This document shows, one piece after another, positions 61,726-64,000 of a stretch of 64,000 nt of DNA. The stretch is from Malacoraja senta. Its lineage: Eukaryota. Each line of letters starts with the position of its first letter. Within the stretch, counting starts at the first letter, position 1. The position numbers and the translations under genes are program-made. The notes beneath the pieces were generated by a model. It ran no database searches and had not been told where the DNA came from. It saw nothing but the letters and a program-made list of their open reading frames with translations. The stretch lies in NCBI GenBank assembly GCA_038087875.1, contig CM075982.1, positions 57,040,001-57,104,000 of the forward strand, read 5' to 3'.

Positions 61726-62304
61726 GCTCAAACTCAGAATATGTTCTCTGATTATTTGGAAATACTGATGATTTGGCATCTGGCTCACTGCTTGCAGATT
61801 CCTGTGTCTCCTTCAACTCACCAGGGCTTAGTTACAGCACTGCTTTTAAAATCACCAGCCTCCAATCTGGGATGTGGGAAGAAATTCACAAGGAGAATGT
61901 GCAAACTTCACACCGATAGCACTCGAGGTCAGCATCGCTGGAGTTGTGAGGCAAACATGTTGGAGAGAATGTGAACTTTGTTTTCACTGTGACTTTGCTA
62001 CAATCTGGAAAGCACTTCCTGAGTTTGTGATGGAATAATACATCTCAAAAGGGAATTGGTCATACTTTAAAGCTCTGATGAGGATTTGGGACCAATTCAG
62101 GAAATTCATGTAAAGAATGATTTCAAGCATGACTGACCTCCTCTTTTGCTTTATGATCCCATGACAGATTAAATTTTAATGCAGTTAACATGTCTCATCA
62201 GAATGAATGTTTCCCCCCAAATCCTCTTGTGGTCGATAAAGTCAGATAATTAGGGCTTCACTATACTACGTTCCATTTAGTGTAATCCATGTAAGGCATG
62301 TTAA

Positions 62305-62590
62305 GTAGTTATCAGCAACTGAACCTCCTATCACAACTGGAGAAAGGTCTGGAGCCACTATCTATCTCATTGGAGACACATGGACTGACTCACTTTATGT
62401 GCAAATGATGAATAAAACTGATATTGATTGATTGATTGATTGACTACCTTTAATCAGACTTGACTGGACTAAACGTTATTCCCATTATCCTGTATCTGTA
62501 TACTGTGGGCGGATCAATTATAATCATATAGTCTTTCCACTGATTGGATAGCTCGCAACAAAAAGCTTTTCACTGTACCTCGGTAACTAA
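62305..62590 (+). mobile_element. Rex1/Babar-type 3' end with a small nested (GATT)n-tailed insert
   Basis: Tail AAAAGCTTTTCACTGTACCTCGGTA. Confidence 0.65.
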
Positions 62591-63066
62591 CTAAGTGTTA
62601 TTGAAGAACACATTCACGTCGTAAGGTAAGGCTCCATGGATTCAAGCAGTTTAACACAAAAGTAAGATTATGCTGCAAAGCCTGTGGAGACAGGAAATTG
62701 TGTCTGTGACAACGATGTGTAAAGTGAAGATTCATGTGAGGCAGTTTGATCTCAATAGCATGCTGGGCACTTTGTGGACAGTGATGCAACAAATTTGGCA
62801 AGAGGTGATTGTGGAGCATTTTTGCATACTATTATGTTAATGAATTGTGTGATCAAAGGAAGAAGTGATGTCGCTTTGGAATACCAGCAGTTACACTTAA
62901 AGCTGGACTTACTGAGGTTTGAAGTCAAATCAAGTCAAGGAAGTTGGTGTAAACCTAAAATTGATGGAGAAAATTGAGAACAAAAGTATGACCACAGGAT
63001 GCTTGATCAGTGTAGGACTACTTGGGGAGGAAAAGGATGCAAATCGTGCCCCTTACACTGGGAATG

Positions 63067-63370
63067 TAGTTTAGTTTAGTTTAGTTTAGAGATACAGCGC
63101 GGAACCAGGCCCTTTGGCCCATCGGGTCCATGCCGACCACGATCCCCACACACAAACACTATCTGACACACAAAGGACAATTTATAATTTTACCAAGCCA
63201 ATTAGCCTACAAACCTGTACTTCTTTGGAGTGTGGGAGGAAACCGGTGATCCTGGAGAAAACCCACGCAGGTCTTGAGGAGAGAGTACAAACTCCGTATA
63301 GACAGCACCGGTAGCCAGAATCGAACCCGGGTCACTGGCGCTGTAAGACAGCAACTTTATCGCTGCGCCA
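63067..63370 (-). mobile_element. HE1-like SINE
   Basis: (TTTAG)n tail through to the tRNA head. Confidence 0.9.
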
Positions 63371-63653
63371 ACTAGAAGAGTTTTGTACAGAATTTGTTTG
63401 TGTGTATTTTTTATAATGAGTAAAGTTTATTTTTGGAGTATGTCAAAAAAAAACATGACCCAAATACAAGCTGGTTTTGTAGGTAGCCTCGAATTTATAC
63501 CAAGGGATGTGAGTCACTCACGTCTCTCATTGGGATGATGGAAGTGTGTTTAATAGCGAATCATATTTCTGATCTGAAAGGCCATGCTGAGAATATACAA
63601 GTATTAATGCTGAAAGGAGGGAAGGTAAGAGAGCCACATTACTTATCGAATCG

Positions 63654-63715
63654 GGCCCAAAGTGTGACTCGAACTCACGTACTTGGTAGTAAAAGTCCAT
63701 AAAAAAGCTAAATCC
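63654..63715 (-). pseudogene. Degenerate tRNA-Lys-like sequence
   Basis: Minus strand CGTGAGTTCGAGTCACACTTTGGGC versus the vertebrate tRNA-Lys(CTT) 3' half CGTGGGTTCGAGCCCCACGTTGGGC; the D arm is lost. Confidence 0.45.
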
Positions 63716-64000
63716 CTCTGACCTCTATATGTAATTCAGTTGTTGAGAGAATATTTCAACTCAATGTCATTTGAGATATAGAAAGATGAATGTTCAGCAT
63801 GTAAAGCTAAACCATGAGTGACTACAATGTCGTACTCAATGACTTTGCTAGTAGTGTAACTGTGAGGACCTTTGGACTGTGTACTTGGAGACAGATGTGT
63901 GATACTCTTGGAGATAAATAGGTTCAGTAAAAGTTGGCAGGCAAAAAGTTGGTAAGTAAGGTTGTTATTTCCATAGAGATTGCAGTCAAGAATGCCAGGG

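Noticed and set aside
700-63370. Recurrent ORFs containing LQTCTSLECGRKP / WSLYVLP
   Set aside because: Translations of the non-coding HE1-like SINE.
1-64000. CRISPR array, operons or other prokaryotic systems
   Set aside because: No regularly spaced repeat-spacer array and no gene-dense coding; the palindromic repeats are dispersed Penelope termini in vertebrate DNA.

Overview
Eukaryotic, repeat-dense vertebrate DNA, almost certainly from a cartilaginous fish (skate/ray). It carries HE1-type tRNA-derived V-SINEs, HER1/CR1 LINE 3' ends, Rex1/Babar, L2, RTE, L1, Penelope-like elements (PLE), DeuSINE remnants and two MITEs. I can identify no complete protein-coding gene, and nearly all ORFs in the track are retroelement fragments or chance ORFs. 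A CpG island at about 29.65-30.6 kb contains a minus-strand first exon (donor ACG|GTGAGA at 29765/29764). A probable second exon lies at 5460-5285, so roughly the left 30 kb is the 5' end of an unidentified minus-strand gene and the right 33 kb is upstream or intergenic. The most striking unexplained structure is a set of about 20 short (100-250 bp) Penelope-derived insertions. Many carry a minimal hammerhead-ribozyme core (CTGAAGA-stem II-GAAACGTC), several are arranged as inverted hairpins, and at least seven have 8-15 bp target-site duplications (TSDs). Other points of interest are a Sola2-like MITE with a 4-bp TSD, a young Harbinger MITE, nested insertions with clean TSDs, inverted SINEs flanking the candidate exon, and two old local duplications. 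Family names come from motif recognition, not database searches, and the boundaries of degraded repeats are approximate.
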